A stretch of 64,000 nucleotides of DNA from Eledone cirrhosa (taxonomy: Eukaryota): positions 4,216,001-4,280,000 of the forward strand of contig OZ024753.1 of assembly GCA_964016885.1 (NCBI GenBank), read 5' to 3'. Shown in pieces: positions 28,388 through 44,089 of the stretch. Positions within the stretch are counted from its first letter, which is position 1. Each line of letters opens with the position of its first letter. A model generated the notes under the pieces. The model was not told the origin of the DNA. It did not search any database and saw nothing but the letters and a program-made list of their open reading frames with translations. Made by a program: the position numbers and the translations under genes.

Positions 28388-29762
28388 GTATATATGCATA
28401 TATATATATATATATATATAATGTATATATGTCATATTAATATATATATATATATATATATGAATATATACTGTATATATGCATTATATATATATGCATA
28501 TATATTATATATATACATGCATATGTATATATAGCATATATATATATATGCATATCATATATATATAATATACATGCATATATATATATGCATATAAATA
28601 TATTATATGTATATATGCATATATATATATATATATATGCAATATATGATATATATATATGCATATATATGCATATTTATATATATGTATATTGTATATA
28701 TATATATGCATATTTATATATATGCATATGTATATATGTATATATTGCACATATATATATATATATGGCATATGTATATATATGCATATATATATATATG
28801 CATATATATTTACATATATACATATATATATATATGCATATATATATATGTGATATATATATGCATATATATATGCATATATATATATATGTATATATAT
28901 GTATATATGCATATATATATGCATACTATATTATATATGTATATATTGCATATATATATGCATATGTATATGTATATATGCATATATATATGTGTATATA
29001 TGTATATACGTATATTTATATGTATATATGTATATTTATATGTATATATGTATATATATATGTATATATGTATATATATATATGCATATATGTATATATA
29101 TGTATGCATATATGCATATATATATGTATTATATATGTATATATGTATATATATGTATATAAGTATATATATGCATATATATATATTATATATGTATATA
29201 TGTATATATATGCATATATATATATGTATATATGTATATATGCATATATATGTATATATGCATATATATGTATATATGCATATATATGTATATATGTATA
29301 TATATGTATATATATATATATTTTCATATATATATATGAATATATATGTATATATGCATATATATATATATGCATATATATATATATATATGCATATTTA
29401 TATATATGCATATGTATATATATATATATATGCACATATATATATATATGCATATGTATATATATATATATATATATGCATATATATATATATATATTAT
29501 GCACATATATATATATATGCATATGTACTTTATATATATGCATATATATATATATGCATATATATTTACATATAGTAAATATATATATATGCATATATAT
29601 ATATGGATATATATATGCATATATATACTATATATATGCATATATGTATATATAATATGTATGTGTATATTATATGTGTGTATATATATATATAATATAT
29701 ATATATTATCTATATATATATATATATATATATACATTTATATATGTGTGTATCTATGTATA
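27431..29762. repeat. Large degenerate (TA)n array with TG/TGCA interruptions
   Basis: ~2.3 kb of TA repeats punctuated by ATGTAT and ATGCAT. Confidence 0.97.
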
Positions 29763-29784
29763 TAGTCTCTATAAATCGATCATT

Positions 29785-29892
29785 ATCCCGCCGAGGTTGA
29801 CTTTGCCTTTCATCCTTACGGGGTCGATAAAATAAAGTACCAGTAATGCACTGGGTGATTGTTGGCCATGTGCCTAAAGTAGAAACAATTAT
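29785..29892 (+). mobile_element. SINE family A, 5'-truncated
   Basis: ATCCCGCCGAGGTTGACTTTGCCTTTCATCC...AGTAGAAACAATTAT. Confidence 0.9.
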
Positions 29893-30037
29893 ATATAATA
29901 TATATACACATATATATGTGTGTGCGTGTGTGTGTGTGTGTGTGCGTGTATGCGAAAATTAAACTGAAAAACAAACCAGGTAACATAGTACATTGACGAA
30001 TATATCAGTTTAAATTTTTATTTAGAAGAAAAAAGAA

Positions 30038-30070
30038 ATTACGTTTCTAACAGTCGTTCTTCATCAGGAG
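30038..30070 (-). ncRNA. Degenerate PLE-type minimal hammerhead
   Basis: Minus strand CTGATGAAG-AAC(gact)GTT-AGAAAC-GTA. Stem I is not evident; lies ~90 nt from a (TG)/(TA) tract. Confidence 0.4.
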
Positions 30071-30783
30071 ATGCAGTGAGAAATATGTGCTGGAATAGAA
30101 ATATAAGGATGATAAAAAGAAGAAAGGGAAACAAAACACAAATGGAAAAGGAGAACTTATTTAAACACGTTTGCAAAAGGGCTTAAACGTAAAAGAATAA
30201 ATCTTTGAAAGAAGCAACGGGAACTCCTAACTTCACACATTTAATTCCTTAGATATACGTAAACCTTAATTATCAATTAAATAAATCAAATATCAATAAT
30301 TTCAATATCCGTTAATGAACTATTTAAGGAACGTTTTCATAGAAATTTATTCCAAATTAATGCAATTTAAAGCGAATAATCATATATCCCTATGAGGTTT
30401 TCAATCGACGTTAAAAGAAATAGAGTTCTGATGGCTGACAACGTTGTTCTTACGGTTCGAGTTACTTAACATAAAATTTGATAGGGATGACTTTTGCAAA
30501 TATGTGAAATACTATCACGAAACGAAACTCACTGTAATAAATATTATTTCGTTAGTGATAAATGAAATATTGACGTGACAGAAAAATCGACGTAATATGT
30601 AGAGAAGATATTTCCTATTCCTGCTGTATATGTACGCAGGTGTATATGAAGAGTTTCTAAATACCAGCTGTGGCATAACTGATGATCCATATTTTTTTAA
30701 TTAACTCATCATTTTATGTATTACACAATATCACATTTAGCTTTAAGAGAGATGGGTAGAGAGATAGATAGAGAGTTTATTTT

Positions 30784-30892
30784 GTATATCTAGCGATATA
30801 TCTTATGATTACGAATAAACATTTGAGAGCCTTCAGCTATGAATTTTGGAAGCTGATGATGTAGAACCATGTAGCGCATATCAGCAGAAGCA
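30784..30892. repeat. Unclassified dispersed repeat (copy 2)
   Basis: Diverged match to 16314-16430. Confidence 0.7.
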
Positions 30893-30954
30893 GTGGTGTG
30901 TAGTTTATAGTGACGAAACATAAGTCAATTGCGTGAACTCATAATCTTTTATTT

Positions 30955-31010
30955 ACTGCTATATATATTTCGATGATAGCCATTATATGGCTATGACCTC
31001 ATCAGGTAGT
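30955..31010 (-). ncRNA. Minimal type I hammerhead ribozyme (slightly decayed)
   Basis: Minus strand ACTAC-CTGATGA-GGTC ATAGCCA(tataa)TGGCTAT CATC-GAAA-TATATA-TA|GCAGT, with palindromic stem III and a downstream AATAAA. Confidence 0.65.
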
Positions 31011-34000
31011 TAGTCAGTTCTTAGATATGCCAGCTCTGTGTTTTTAGTGTTGATGGTTTCAGAGCCTTGGGACATATGAGCTTGTTAGGGATAGTTGAAT
31101 GTTGTCAGCAGGAATAATCTTAATTCTCATTGGTCCGTTTGTAGAAGCTAGTAGGATTGGTATTTGACCTCAAAGAGGTCGGTGGTTTTGTAAAGTTCAA
31201 ACCGTCAGGCAAGATGGCAATAGTTCCATATGATTGATTTTCACAAAAAGCATTCCGGGTCAGATATATATTCAATTGAGGTTTATAGTATGAAATTCGA
31301 TACTACAGGTCATTCTTAAATTTAGGAATTTATGTGGATGGTAATACTGAAAAGTATGGTTAGAGTCAAATACTTAGAAAGTTCACATAAAGAGACTTCT
31401 GTTGGTTGACTTGAACATATACTCACACTTTCCCCCACAGACACACACACCCATCTACACATACAAATCCATACATATGTGTATATATATGTATGTACAC
31501 ACAGGTGCGTATATATATATACAAAAGGGGCCCCCAGATACAAGTATATGGCAGACATAAAACGAGGTGGGTGTTATTTTTAAAGAAAAGTAATGTGGTT
31601 GTTTGGAAAAGTGATTGTTTAGACTAGACAAAAGTAGAGTGTGATATATATATTCACAGAAATAGCTTAGGGGCTTTGGAGCTTAGGCGAATTCCTTAGT
31701 ACAGACATATACAGGTACACGCACCCGCCCACACTTGCATACCTCTGGATGCGTGTGTATGTCTATATACACATGTGCATTCATACAAGAGAGCATACAC
31801 AAATATACTCTTAAGCATACACTCGAACATTTTTCAAATGCAACCTGGCGTATTAGTATTTCGTTGCGTTCACATAAGTGCGTACATTCACCTGATCCCA
31901 GTATACACACACAACGCACGATTGCGGGAACGCTTTCATGCGTATAGGGTTAGTGCCTTAGGATAAACGCTCTTCCTGTGTGTGCCACACTCGGGGGAGG
32001 GGGGGGGGGTTCATCACGTTAAAAAAACGTGGTTTTGCTGACTCCTAACCAGTAGAGGATCAGGTGGGTATTCCACTCTGGGGACCACAAACTATGGGTG
32101 GGTGTTGTTGCCCATTGGTCATAGGTACGGGGAGTAGGGGACCTACAAGTACGTTCAATGAAAGACAATAATGGTATATTAGATTAACAAGTGGTAGGGT
32201 TGGGAAATTTTCACCTTGTTACGATGATTCTCCTTCGAAAAATATAAAAATTTCGGAGGCCAAATACAAAAGAATATGGTGAGAAAAGGCAAGAACGCGA
32301 AAAGGTTAGATACGATTGAAAGTGTTTTGACATGTATATCCGATGTGTGCGTAAGTGTGTTTTGATTTGTGAGTACATCAGGTGATGTATTATTTGCTAA
32401 GTCGCTTTGAATATTGGTATATTTCAACATATTAGAAATTCCTGCCTACTATTTTAGCGTATAAGATCTTTAGTCATTACTCATTTATATCTGAGTATGC
32501 AACGTTTACTGACTTCAAGCAATATGTGCATGTCTAGTGTGTCAGGAGTGTGTCGGTGTGCAGTTTATATGGTGAATTATCTCATCTCTGCATGCAATCC
32601 CCCTATTAAAACTGGACTATTATAAAATGCAATTAATTGAATTATGTGGCCATGGAGGCAAAAAAATAAATCCACACCCATCCATGCGCTCATACATACC
32701 TACATACATACTGCATACATTCATACATACATTCATACATGCATACCTAAGTATAAATATTTACATACATATATACATATGAACACAAACACAAACATAC
32801 TCATTCTTCTGAGGAAGATGTTTTATGCAGGGCCCATATTTTCATCCAGAAACAGTCTAGAGTAGAGAAGCATTAAATGTAACGTATATACTCAAGCAGA
32901 GCAATAGATATTGGAAAAAGTACTTATTTTGAGAAAATAAATGATACCAAGAATCTATGTGAATTAGCAAAACATTTCACTGGCAAACTGAAAACAACAC
33001 GGGAGTAAAGTTTTATTTCATCTATTATACTAATTTCAGCAGAATTTTACGCAATTTAATGAAGCTCGCAATTGCTTGAATAAGACAATTGTGAGTGATT
33101 CAGTTTTATTACATCAGCTGAAGATTCTCAGCAACTTTGGAAGTAGTTCTTCCAAGATATTATCTATCCGTATGATTAGATTTATTTTACTGTAAGTTCT
33201 CATTAATCCACGGCATGATTGAATTCCTCAGATAGTTTATATATATACATGTATGTGTATAACCGAAGTAACACCAACAACGTAAACCTAATGAAAATAT
33301 AAATGATGACATATGCAATATGTTTATGTATAATAAACCTACAAAAATATCGCTATGTCCGCTTTAAACTGTGATCATATAAACCTCTCAATAATCCTGG
33401 AGGAACGGTGGAAACTACTAAATCGGGATTATTTTCATTCATCCAATAATTGGCTATGTTTATTAACACCGTTCTTCTGAATAATTTGTATCCTAATTAG
33501 TTTTTCGTGTAATAAACCTGTTTCGAAGCTTAGTTAGATAATGTTCACTTCAATTGGCTAGGATTAATTGTAATTAGGCATGTTTGAGTCATAATATAGA
33601 TTCTGGTATATACAATATATCTATGTATAATAAACACATATACATTCGGCTGTAACTGTTTGCAGTTGTGATAATGTCATGGCGATGTCAGTAACGTGTG
33701 AAAACATTGATCCCTAGTCCTTCAAGTGTTATCTTCAAAATTCAGTACTGTTTACAAACAGTATACTGAGACTGGAATAAATTATAGCTTATAGACTTTA
33801 TGGAAGATTGTATTTCTTCAATACGCATAAATATATCCCATAAACCTTTATGAAACGCTATATGTCATGTAATACCAATTAACAAACAATCCAAATTCGC
33901 GGTGTATTCACTTGAATTTTTGCATCATTCACCACCACTATATAATTACCATTCTCTAGGGGAATCATAAATCTATAAAATTATCCTTGAATCCAGAAGC

Positions 34001-35810
34001 AGCATTTTATTTGTGTTGCTATATGTCAATTGCGTCTCTGCTTATTACATTTAATTGGCAGATACTTGCTGTAATAAACCTATTAAAGAACAAAGTTTGA
34101 TTCCAGCACGTCACACATGTATAATCCATGGAATATAATGAAAGTTCTAATAGAAAATCTGAAGGTTACTGGTATTCCTCATTCTATTAAAATATACATA
34201 CGTAGGCTATGTTGGTTAACACCAATTTAATGTATATTCAATGCTGATTTATTTTTATTACCCAGATATATATTTCTACACCCAAATCCCGAAATTCCTG
34301 CCAACTTTTGACATCTAACTTTCCAAGTATTGGAAATGAACATTTACTACTGAGTCACCATTTATCAAACATATTGCGAAAACACATATTATGAAAATTA
34401 TCTAATTCGAATGAAGAATCTCTAATTCATATTATCTCGCTATTTATTACACGAGAAGTGAAGCTTATGTATTAGTCCTACAGCATGTTTGATATAGAAA
34501 TATCCTAGCTATAAATTAATATAAATAAGGGGAACCTACATGATAAACAAAGTAAATAAATGTAAATGGTACTTGTTAGAGGCAACATATTAAAGTCTTT
34601 CCAATATGAGTAATATCCAGTGCAAATACACGCCATTTTAGATTTTAATTACATATACCTCTGGAGATTCATTCATTTGCGTGCGAAATTAGATAAATAT
34701 CTTTCATGTTCCTACATGTGATTTATTTTTTACTGAATTCTAATTATTTCGGAATAGTGAAGTAACGTCTAGGATTTAATAACTTTGCCTGTCCTGTCAC
34801 AGCATCTGATCAATAATGAAAAATACCCGATTCGAAGGCATGTTTTTATAGAATATGGATATACTCATTTTTGCATAGCAATCTTTATTTTCATTCATTC
34901 TATCCGGTATGAAATCTGCAATTTTCGAACAAAGATATTTGATAACTTATTGATATTTTTCATTGTTTTCTTTTGTGTTTTTCATGAATTCATTATCTAT
35001 ACATAATTGTCTTCGAAGAATTCAGTACTTGTGCATTAAATGTTTGGCGAAATCAATATTCTGTTGGAAAATATTATTAAAATTTCAGAAATTAATAAGC
35101 TCTGTCCTTTATGCAAATAAAACACATATATCTATAATTTTTTTCCGGTCTCTGACATCCGTAATACACTTTCACTATGTGGTACATGGCAAATAATTTA
35201 ATACGTGATGTTAAAACTAATTTAAATGCGTCATATTTCATATTGATACACTATTAATAGAAATATGTCTATGCATCTTTATTGTTATTTCATATTCTGC
35301 TACTTTTTATTTCTCAAAGTTATGATCAATATACTGAAAGAGTGCATTTCTTCTGACGCTAATAATACACAAAATACGTGCTTCTACCTTTTCTCATATA
35401 TTAGACGGCTCTTGCCTCATCTAATATGAGATTTCATATTTTGTGAAAAGCACATCTTTCATTATCTTCTAAAGATTTACATGGCTGTGGATGATGTATG
35501 CTATGATTTGGAAATAGTAAATCGTAAGGATAGGTAATCCCACGTAGGCGAAACTAATTCAAACTTTAATTGAAAATATGAAAAGAAACATCCTATTTGA
35601 GAAAAGACATAGTCACAATGTGATTTAGCATTCAATGTTTATGTTGAGGAAGTGTGTGATGTGACTAGAGTGGGCTTATCTGGTTATTGTAGTCAGCGCT
35701 TTTCTATGCAATACTAATAGCGCAGAGTGCAGGTGATACTCCTTCAATTTTTCATTAGCCATCGATACTGTTCAAATTGTGAACAAATACTATCTAGAAT
35801 GAATATAAAT

Positions 35811-36000
35811 AATTGTTTCTACTTTTGGCACAAGGCCAGTAATTACCCAGTGTATTACTGGTACTTTATTTTATCTACCCCGTAAGGATGAAAGGCAAAG
35901 TCAACCTCGGCGGGATTTGAACTCAGAATGGCAAGGGCCGTAACTCAATGCGTCAAAGCATCGCGTCCGACCCTCTACCGATACTGCCAATTCACCGCCC
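35811..36000 (-). mobile_element. SINE family A, full length, 17-bp TSD
   Basis: Family match; GAATGAATATAAATAAT at 35797-35813 and 36003-36019. Confidence 0.93.
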
Positions 36001-37582
36001 TTGAATGAATATAAATAATGTCAGACTGCCTTATGTAATTCAGTTTCTTGGGAATATCTGATTGTATCGTAGTAAGTAGCTGAATGGCACCTCTTCATGT
36101 TCATCTATCGTAGGAGGATTTTGCGCACATACACTCATGCATCTCAGTTGCACATGAAATTATGAGTTTTCCTTATCTTTTAACAATCTGGGTCTCGTGA
36201 ATAAAGTTAATTTTATTCGATACAAATATTTAATGGTGAGATTCAAATAATAGATTAGATGTGAAGGTATCAGTAAATCATAGTTTATATAAAGGACAAT
36301 CAATATGTGTTAATTTATATAATGTATAATTTTACATTTTTCTAACTATTTACATTTCTCTCTCTTTACATATATAACATATTACGACATCTAACGTGTA
36401 ACATGTGTTATCAATTGCAGGCAAACCATTTGTCAAAATGTCAAAGTCACAGAGATAAATATGTACGCATTAACTAATGAAATAATTGATAGCTATATTC
36501 TTTTTTTTATAATAATGATATTGATGCCTGCTTACTCACATTTACAAGGATAGCCAGTTACAATAATATTGCCAGTTACAATAATAGAGTAATAATGCAC
36601 AAATCAATATGGAGAATATTTCCTTGAAAGAAACCAAAGCCTTTGAAATTTCTGATTTTCTCAGCTTTCAATAATTTACGAACGTTGTCTGATAAATTAA
36701 AGTTTGCTCTAAATACAGTATTAATGATAAGACTATGAATACACTAACAATAATATATTAATCTTCAACCATTACTGTATATAAAAATATCCAACGCGTC
36801 AATTTCCACTTAAAAACAATATACTATATTGATAAACGTGCTCTTGGAATAGCGTAATTATCCTTATAATCCACGATTATAGCGGTAATATGAACATATT
36901 TACAATATTATCAAAAGTTCAGCAATTAGGGGAAGGGTTATGTCAATTATATCGAGACAAGTATTCAGCCGGTACGTTAAGGAAATACAAAATTCATATT
37001 TAACACAAATATATTTGAACTCAGAACATAGAAACTCATCTTACTATTGGGTATATACTGCCGAATATGAATCACATTCCAGCTGGATACATAGTAATAT
37101 AGTATTGATTGACCGATAGCATGACATGACCAAATGTTATATCGATACGTATAGACAATAATGATCAAAGGGATTTGATCGAATTAAATGTAGCTTAATT
37201 ATAGATTGCCCCATATTTTGACGTTTATTATTTGTTCAGCGTCTATCATGAAGACCTGTATCATTAACCCAGCAATCGAAATTGCGAAAATAATACAATA
37301 AATGGTGTCTTGTTTGACAAAATGTCAACCCGACACATGTGAAAGTTTCTGGTATTTACTCATTAAAATACTATTATATTACCTGTCAAAATCATGACAA
37401 AACATATTTGAGAATATTGGTGATGCTTGAACTTTTCTCATCTGGTATTTTACGTTGTAAAATGTTTAGACAGTAAATAATATCAATACATTACAGTCTA
37501 ATGATATTTCCAAGAATAACTGTCACATTTACATCAACTGGTTTTCACAATTCAAACACTAAGCAACTAATCACACAGTTAA

Positions 37583-37664
<82 letters not shown>

Positions 37665-37667
<3 letters not shown>

Positions 37668-37790
37668 AAAGGTAAACACAAATAACAACACAATCGGTAC
37701 AGTATATGGAATGAATATATTAGGTTAACGCTTGATATAGCAGGAAGAGGGTTTGACGTTTCGGACGCTAGTCCTTCATCAGAAGAAAGA
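37665..37790 (-). mobile_element. PLE pseudo-LTR 3' fragment with minimal hammerhead, adjoining (TA)n
   Basis: Minus strand CTGATGA-A-GGAC(tagc)GTCC-GAAAC-GTC at ~37755-37782, then an ~90-nt tail running into the TA tract. Confidence 0.7.
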
Positions 37791-39296
37791 ATGATAAATA
37801 AGTTAGACTGAGGGGACGGGCGGGATGGAATTGGAAAAAATGTCTTTAGATAAAAATAACAAGTCCATTCATGCTGACACTGTGTGTATGTGTGCATAAA
37901 TACGTGTGTGTGTGTTATAAAGAATCGCAGATACATGAGCTTATAGACTTTATGGAAGACTATCACGCAATGTATATGTTAGATTAAATTATCCACTTTG
38001 CAAATATTTACACACTTGATTACTGAAGAATGAAATAGACCCCCGACCGTATCTTCATGCAGTGCACCGGATTGGTCTTCTTTGAGCAACGGCATACAAC
38101 GCCACCTAATAATGTAGAACATCTATCATATATATTCATTATATTTACCTTCAAAGCAAATTATACAACTCCGCAGTTTATTGTTGCTGTTTCAATGTTA
38201 TAACAAACATTTCAGATTACAGAGCAATGTATGAAATGCTCGTAGTATATCGCAATATTTGGTGATAACAATATGATGAAGTGTTGTAATTTTGTCATAT
38301 TATATCATACGCTGTGATTCAAATTTCTGTTTACATTTCATATTATGATAAATGATGTAATCTATAACCATATTTATATTTCACTGGTTGCATTATACAT
38401 AATTATTTAATAATTTTAGATGATTTTATTTTTAAGCATAATGCACAATTTCATAATGAGAACGGGATTTCGCATTACAACATATCTAAATTTTAGACTG
38501 TTTAAAAATTTCACTTTACAAAAATATTGACATTATTTTGCTACAAACTAAAGTTTATATTTTACAGTAACATTAATATTATATTTTACAGTAACATTAA
38601 TATTATATATTAATATAATATATAAGTTTCACACCGATCTTTCAATACGCTACCCTAATATTATGCTATTTGCAACTCAACCACACTATATATTGAGACA
38701 TATACTAAATAAAAATTATATTTACTATATACGCTGTAGTGTGTTGATTTCTATGTTACCAATATGTCGTATGTAGCATGTTGCGGTCTTACTATGTGGC
38801 CCTCGTCACATGATAGTAATGTCATTATTTTGATTCCCGTGATGCATTGTGTCCCTGAGTAAGAACCCTTTCTTTCAAGCTGCTCCAATCCTATCAGCTG
38901 ACAAAAATAAATGATCTTAATTATAAGGCCGAGCCTTGGAACACACTGTATTAAACTGATAGGCGATGAGAACTTCGAAAAGGGGGTATGCGTGTGTAAA
39001 ATTCTCAGCCATTTGCAAGTGAATCTCATAAGCAGGCAATTCCTATTTCAGAAATCGGCGAAGTTCTGACACGCCAGTAGCAGGTAATAACAATGCAGAA
39101 CAGCTTCTCTTAATGAATGGGCTAAAGTTATAAATCATGAGCTTGATAAATTCATAGTAGCAATGGACAAAACCATCTTATGAGCCCAATGATAATTTCT
39201 ACATCGATGCAGTGCATTGCGAAAGATGCGAGGATAAGCTGTGTTACTATTAAAAATAGTTTCCCGATTTGAGGTTATATACGATCATTATTATCA

Positions 39297-39390
39297 TTGC
39301 CTTTCATCCTTACGGGCTCGATAAAATAAAGCACCAGTAATACACCGGGTAATTGCTGGCCTTGTGCCAAATGTAAAAACAATTATTATA
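39297..39390 (+). mobile_element. SINE family A, 3' half
   Basis: TTGCCTTTCATCCTTACGGG...AAACAATTATTAT. Confidence 0.88.
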
Positions 39391-42300
39391 AAAGGATTAT
39401 GGATTTCTATCTCACGAGGAGTGTAATCAGATTTGATAGAACACAATAGTGGAAACCAAAAGATATCTATCATCTGCCATCAACAAAATGCGCTACCGCA
39501 AGCTAAGTCGTAGCAACCGGAGCACCTTGTTCGGTAATTGCTTCTGTAAGATCCCACACCTCGAGGAAAAACATACCAGCGCTAACCACAGGTTTATCCA
39601 ACATGAATGTCTCGATATACTGCTGGTCCATTCGGGTCCCGTTCTACCTAAATGCCTATCCAAGAGACAAATCCACAACTAGGATAACACATACTCTCTT
39701 AGCCCTCACCCCAAAACGCAGAACAAGTTACATAAATGTTTATTGCGTGGCGTATATATTAGAATGCGACAGGTGCAACAATTACTACATCTAAAGCATA
39801 TCTCTACCCTTGAACATCAGAATTTAAGAACACGTTCCCACTGAGTGCCCGTCATTCTGCAAACATATTATCAAACTCGGAAACAAAGACACAGACAATC
39901 CAGGAAATCATTTTGATAATGGAAATGAAACAACACACAGGAAATGAACATAGCACAGTGATTAATTCTGTTACTATATCACATACGTAAACGAGATTAT
40001 ATGTAAATAAGTATACAAAGCTAAGAGATTAACAATACAGCATATGACTTTATAAACGTATAACTTTTGCCACAATGCGACATGCAATTTACGACAAATT
40101 ACTGCGATCTACTTGCTTGATAACACCTGTTATCAAATCCGCAACCCCTCTCGTGAGGGGTGCGCGGATTCCAATCATTTCTAACCCCAACACGAACACA
40201 AATGTGTGGTACATAAGAAATATAGGGACTAATAAATTTTTCCAAGCCAACATTATCACTTAATCATTACTACCGAACCTGCATTGTAGCAGCTTTCAAA
40301 ATATATCCCGGTTTTCATACTCCCCACTGCTTCATGTAAACTACAACACTCATATATGATTGTCCTATAGTTTCGTAATTTAAGTAGAGTTTATATCCAC
40401 TGAATAACAAATGCAATTTTTCAATACATAAAAATTAGTATTATCAATTACTGTTTGCCTCGATATTTTGCAGATAATGATTTCTCAAAACAGCTCGATA
40501 AACCTTATCTTCTTTTAGTGTGTATATCTTTTAATTACCTTGCTGTGGAAACATGCTGTTAGGTTCAAATAACAACATTTATTGTAACTACAAGATATTC
40601 GAAGACAGTAGTATTCTACTCAACATATGCTCCGGATATAAGATTACTATTTTCCTGCTTAATATATATAAAATATTGTATGCCACAAATATACCACATC
40701 TTCGAATTACAAATGTCATGCATATATATATGTTTTAATCATCTCTAAAGGAATGTATGCCTTATAACGAAATAATATAGGAGGACAAGTTAAATTAGGT
40801 TAAAATATGAAATGAAATATTTAATATTGAATTACATTAAATAGAATGATTTTATGTACTGGTTCAGTATAATTCCCTAAATCGACTAATAGAGCTATGA
40901 TACAAGGGAAGTGAAACCTGATATAAAAATCTCAAATTATTTCAGATTTTAGAAGATTAAGAGATAATGAACATTTTCAGTTGACATAATGGGCTACTTC
41001 TCTTTCTGTCGATATAGATAAAATCCAGAATGTTCTAGTCACTACTGGAATTCTGGCGATAAATATTTTTAATTGTCTTATCGTCAGCGTCTGACGTGGG
41101 AACAAAGCTGTTAATATGATAATTAACGCAAAAAGCTTAATGAATTGCTTAAGAGGAAAATATAATATATCACAAAATAAAATGTATAATGTATTATATA
41201 ATTACGAATTCTAGCACTGCTGCGTCATCGAATAATTGTTTCCATTTGTTTAGTTTCATGCTATAGTGTATAGTATACTCCGTCGTAGATTAAATACAAT
41301 CTATATGACTATAGTTAAGTCACGCAGATTACAGAGGCTGGATGTACGTGATATTTCCTCCTATTTGTGAGCAGTAGCACCCATATAAATGAAAATCATT
41401 GAACCTGAAATTTTCCTTTGCCCACTTCTATTAGATTAAAAGACACATTTTCTTTTCCTAATATATGTAGAACACCTTCAACATATGTGTTCAGATCGAT
41501 TTTATAACCGAAAAATAGTGCCCTGAGCTTAAATAAGCTAGAAATTATCCAATTCTTCATCACTTTACTACTGCAACTTTAAAACATCCCATTTTAAAAA
41601 GATATGTTATTCCACCTTCCATTTCTTTAATCAAGTCCATTGGACCATCAAACGTCCTGTGTGTTACCATATTACCTTGACTAAGTTATTAAAACATTAT
41701 GATTTTTTATTAATACTCAACTCCTTGATAAATTCATTTTGTAATTTACTAATTTATACTTCAATCCATAAAGAGATGTTTTTGCTTATGTCCTTTTATA
41801 TTTGATACGTATAAATTCATGCGTACATATCGTATGCATTATTTCCTTAATTACAATCATTATCTAAATATTGATACACGGTTAATCGAAATTTATTTGC
41901 CGTTAACAAAGATCATATTACTTCTTTGCATGGATATTAAATATTTTTATGTATTTTTTATTGAGATTATATATCCTTTTCCTGCTAATGGTTCTGTGAA
42001 TTCTACCGGTATTTATAAATAAAATAGTATTTGAGATCATTAAAGATTTTTCCCTACCCCTTTCTGAATATTCTCAAATTCTCCCTTATAGTGTTATACG
42101 TACGTTAATTTTATTTAAATTAATTTCGAAAAATTAATTTTTTTAACGTTTGTCGTATGAAGCCATACAGCAAAATACCCATGACATTTCGTGTGGAAAT
42201 AGATTTAATTTAGCAAACCACTTCAAGATGTTGTTGTTTCGTTGATGATACAATTCAAATGTTGTTAAAGTAATTATTCACAAATATGCGATATTCCCCG

Positions 42301-42937
42301 GAACACGATTTGAAGAAAACCGAATATGTATCTTAATTTACTGAAATAAATTTACCTTCTATTTGCGAGATGCCAATAAATGTTGCTTGGTATTAAATTT
42401 AATTTAAAATGTTGCCATTAAATACAATAATGTTCGTGTTTGTTGTTCTGCATTATATTTATCACAATGTATGACGTAATTTTAAATGAGCTTGTTTATT
42501 CCGTAGTTTAATATTCTCTTTTATTCGGTACACACATTTATTTGTTATCATTTCTCTGAATGTAAAACCATCTATTTCTGCAAAGTGCTTTCCTGGATTC
42601 AAAATCATTAATAGAGAAGTTTCAAGTAGATGAAAGCACGTTATACGCACTTACCGTACGCACTAATATAGAACAATTTGACAAAAGAAATATTTTTCTA
42701 TAAATTGTCTTTCATTTAATTATCAATATTTACGTGGGTAAGAAGACCCGGATTTGTGACGAGATTTGTGTTTCGTTTCTCTATATAAAATAGGGACTTC
42801 GTTTCATGAATTGTACACCTACTATATCCATACAAATCACTGTTCTCTCATTATATTGTTTGCGGTTATGTGAAAGAATTTACTTAGCACGATTTTATTA
42901 TTTAGTATGCACATTTATACTCACCAAGTAATCTCTC

Positions 42938-43040
<103 letters not shown>

Positions 43041-43898
43041 TGAAGCTGGGCACGCCTGTCTTTCTAGATCCAAATACTTCCATTACTCTTTATTCCTCTG
43101 ATGACACTCAGGGTGTTCAACTATTATGATATTAGACATTGTTTTAGATTGCCTGATTTATTGTAATTAACAAGAGCTACTTTTGTGATATACAAACAAA
43201 AATCTACTTACTAAATTCCTCTTTCATAAATAGTATAAAAATCCAAATTCATTAACACTTTCTTAGCAATTTATTCATTGCATGATTAATGACAATTTAT
43301 AGTTCTGGATTATTTAAGATTTAATCATTTTCTTCTCAATTGTTCTTCATACATATATGACTGTTCAGCAAAAATGTTTATAGTCATATTTCTTTGTATG
43401 TTATAATTTATTTATTGATAATGGTACTTTCACTTGTCTATGATTTGCGGGCTGACCTTATCTGAAAGAAACATTTCTAAATGACATTATTTTGACTTGA
43501 ACAGGAAATTATATGATTTTAACTGATTATGATTTATTGAAATGTGAGATTGGCTATCGTATACCACGAATGGTTTCCTTCGTATTTTGGAAGTAATAGA
43601 ATTCCAATTCGTTAAGTATATTTTCGATATTCAATACCTTCATAATTACTTGCTTTAACTATATCCAGATCTTTGGCTTCCTTTTATCATAATATCTTTA
43701 TATGTGAATTATTACTACTCACAACATGAAATTTGGAATCATATTTCTCGGTGTAGAATCAGGTGTATTAGTGAAGAGACTACATGACAATTTTGATTTG
43801 CTGATGAGTTTCAATAAACCCACAATATTTCCCACGCTTACAACGTGCTCAATAACATGTATTATATATGCGTTTAAACAGGATGAGTGAATGTTACA

Positions 43899-44089
43899 AA
43901 TAATTGTTTCTACTTTAGGCACAAGGCCAGCAATTACCCAGTGCATTACTGGTACTTTATTTTATCGACCCCGTAAGGATGAAAGGCAAAGTCAACCTCG
44001 GCGGGATTTGAACTCAGATCGTAAAGGGACGTAACTATGCTGGAAAGCATGGCGTCCGACCCTCTACCGATACTGCCAATCCATCGCCC
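43899..44089 (-). mobile_element. SINE family A, full length
   Basis: Close match to the family; shares the GGGACGTAACTATGCTGGAAAG variant with the 11882 copy. Confidence 0.93.

Noticed and set aside
43098-43125. CTGATGA hammerhead-like start
   Set aside because: No downstream GAAA or stem III.
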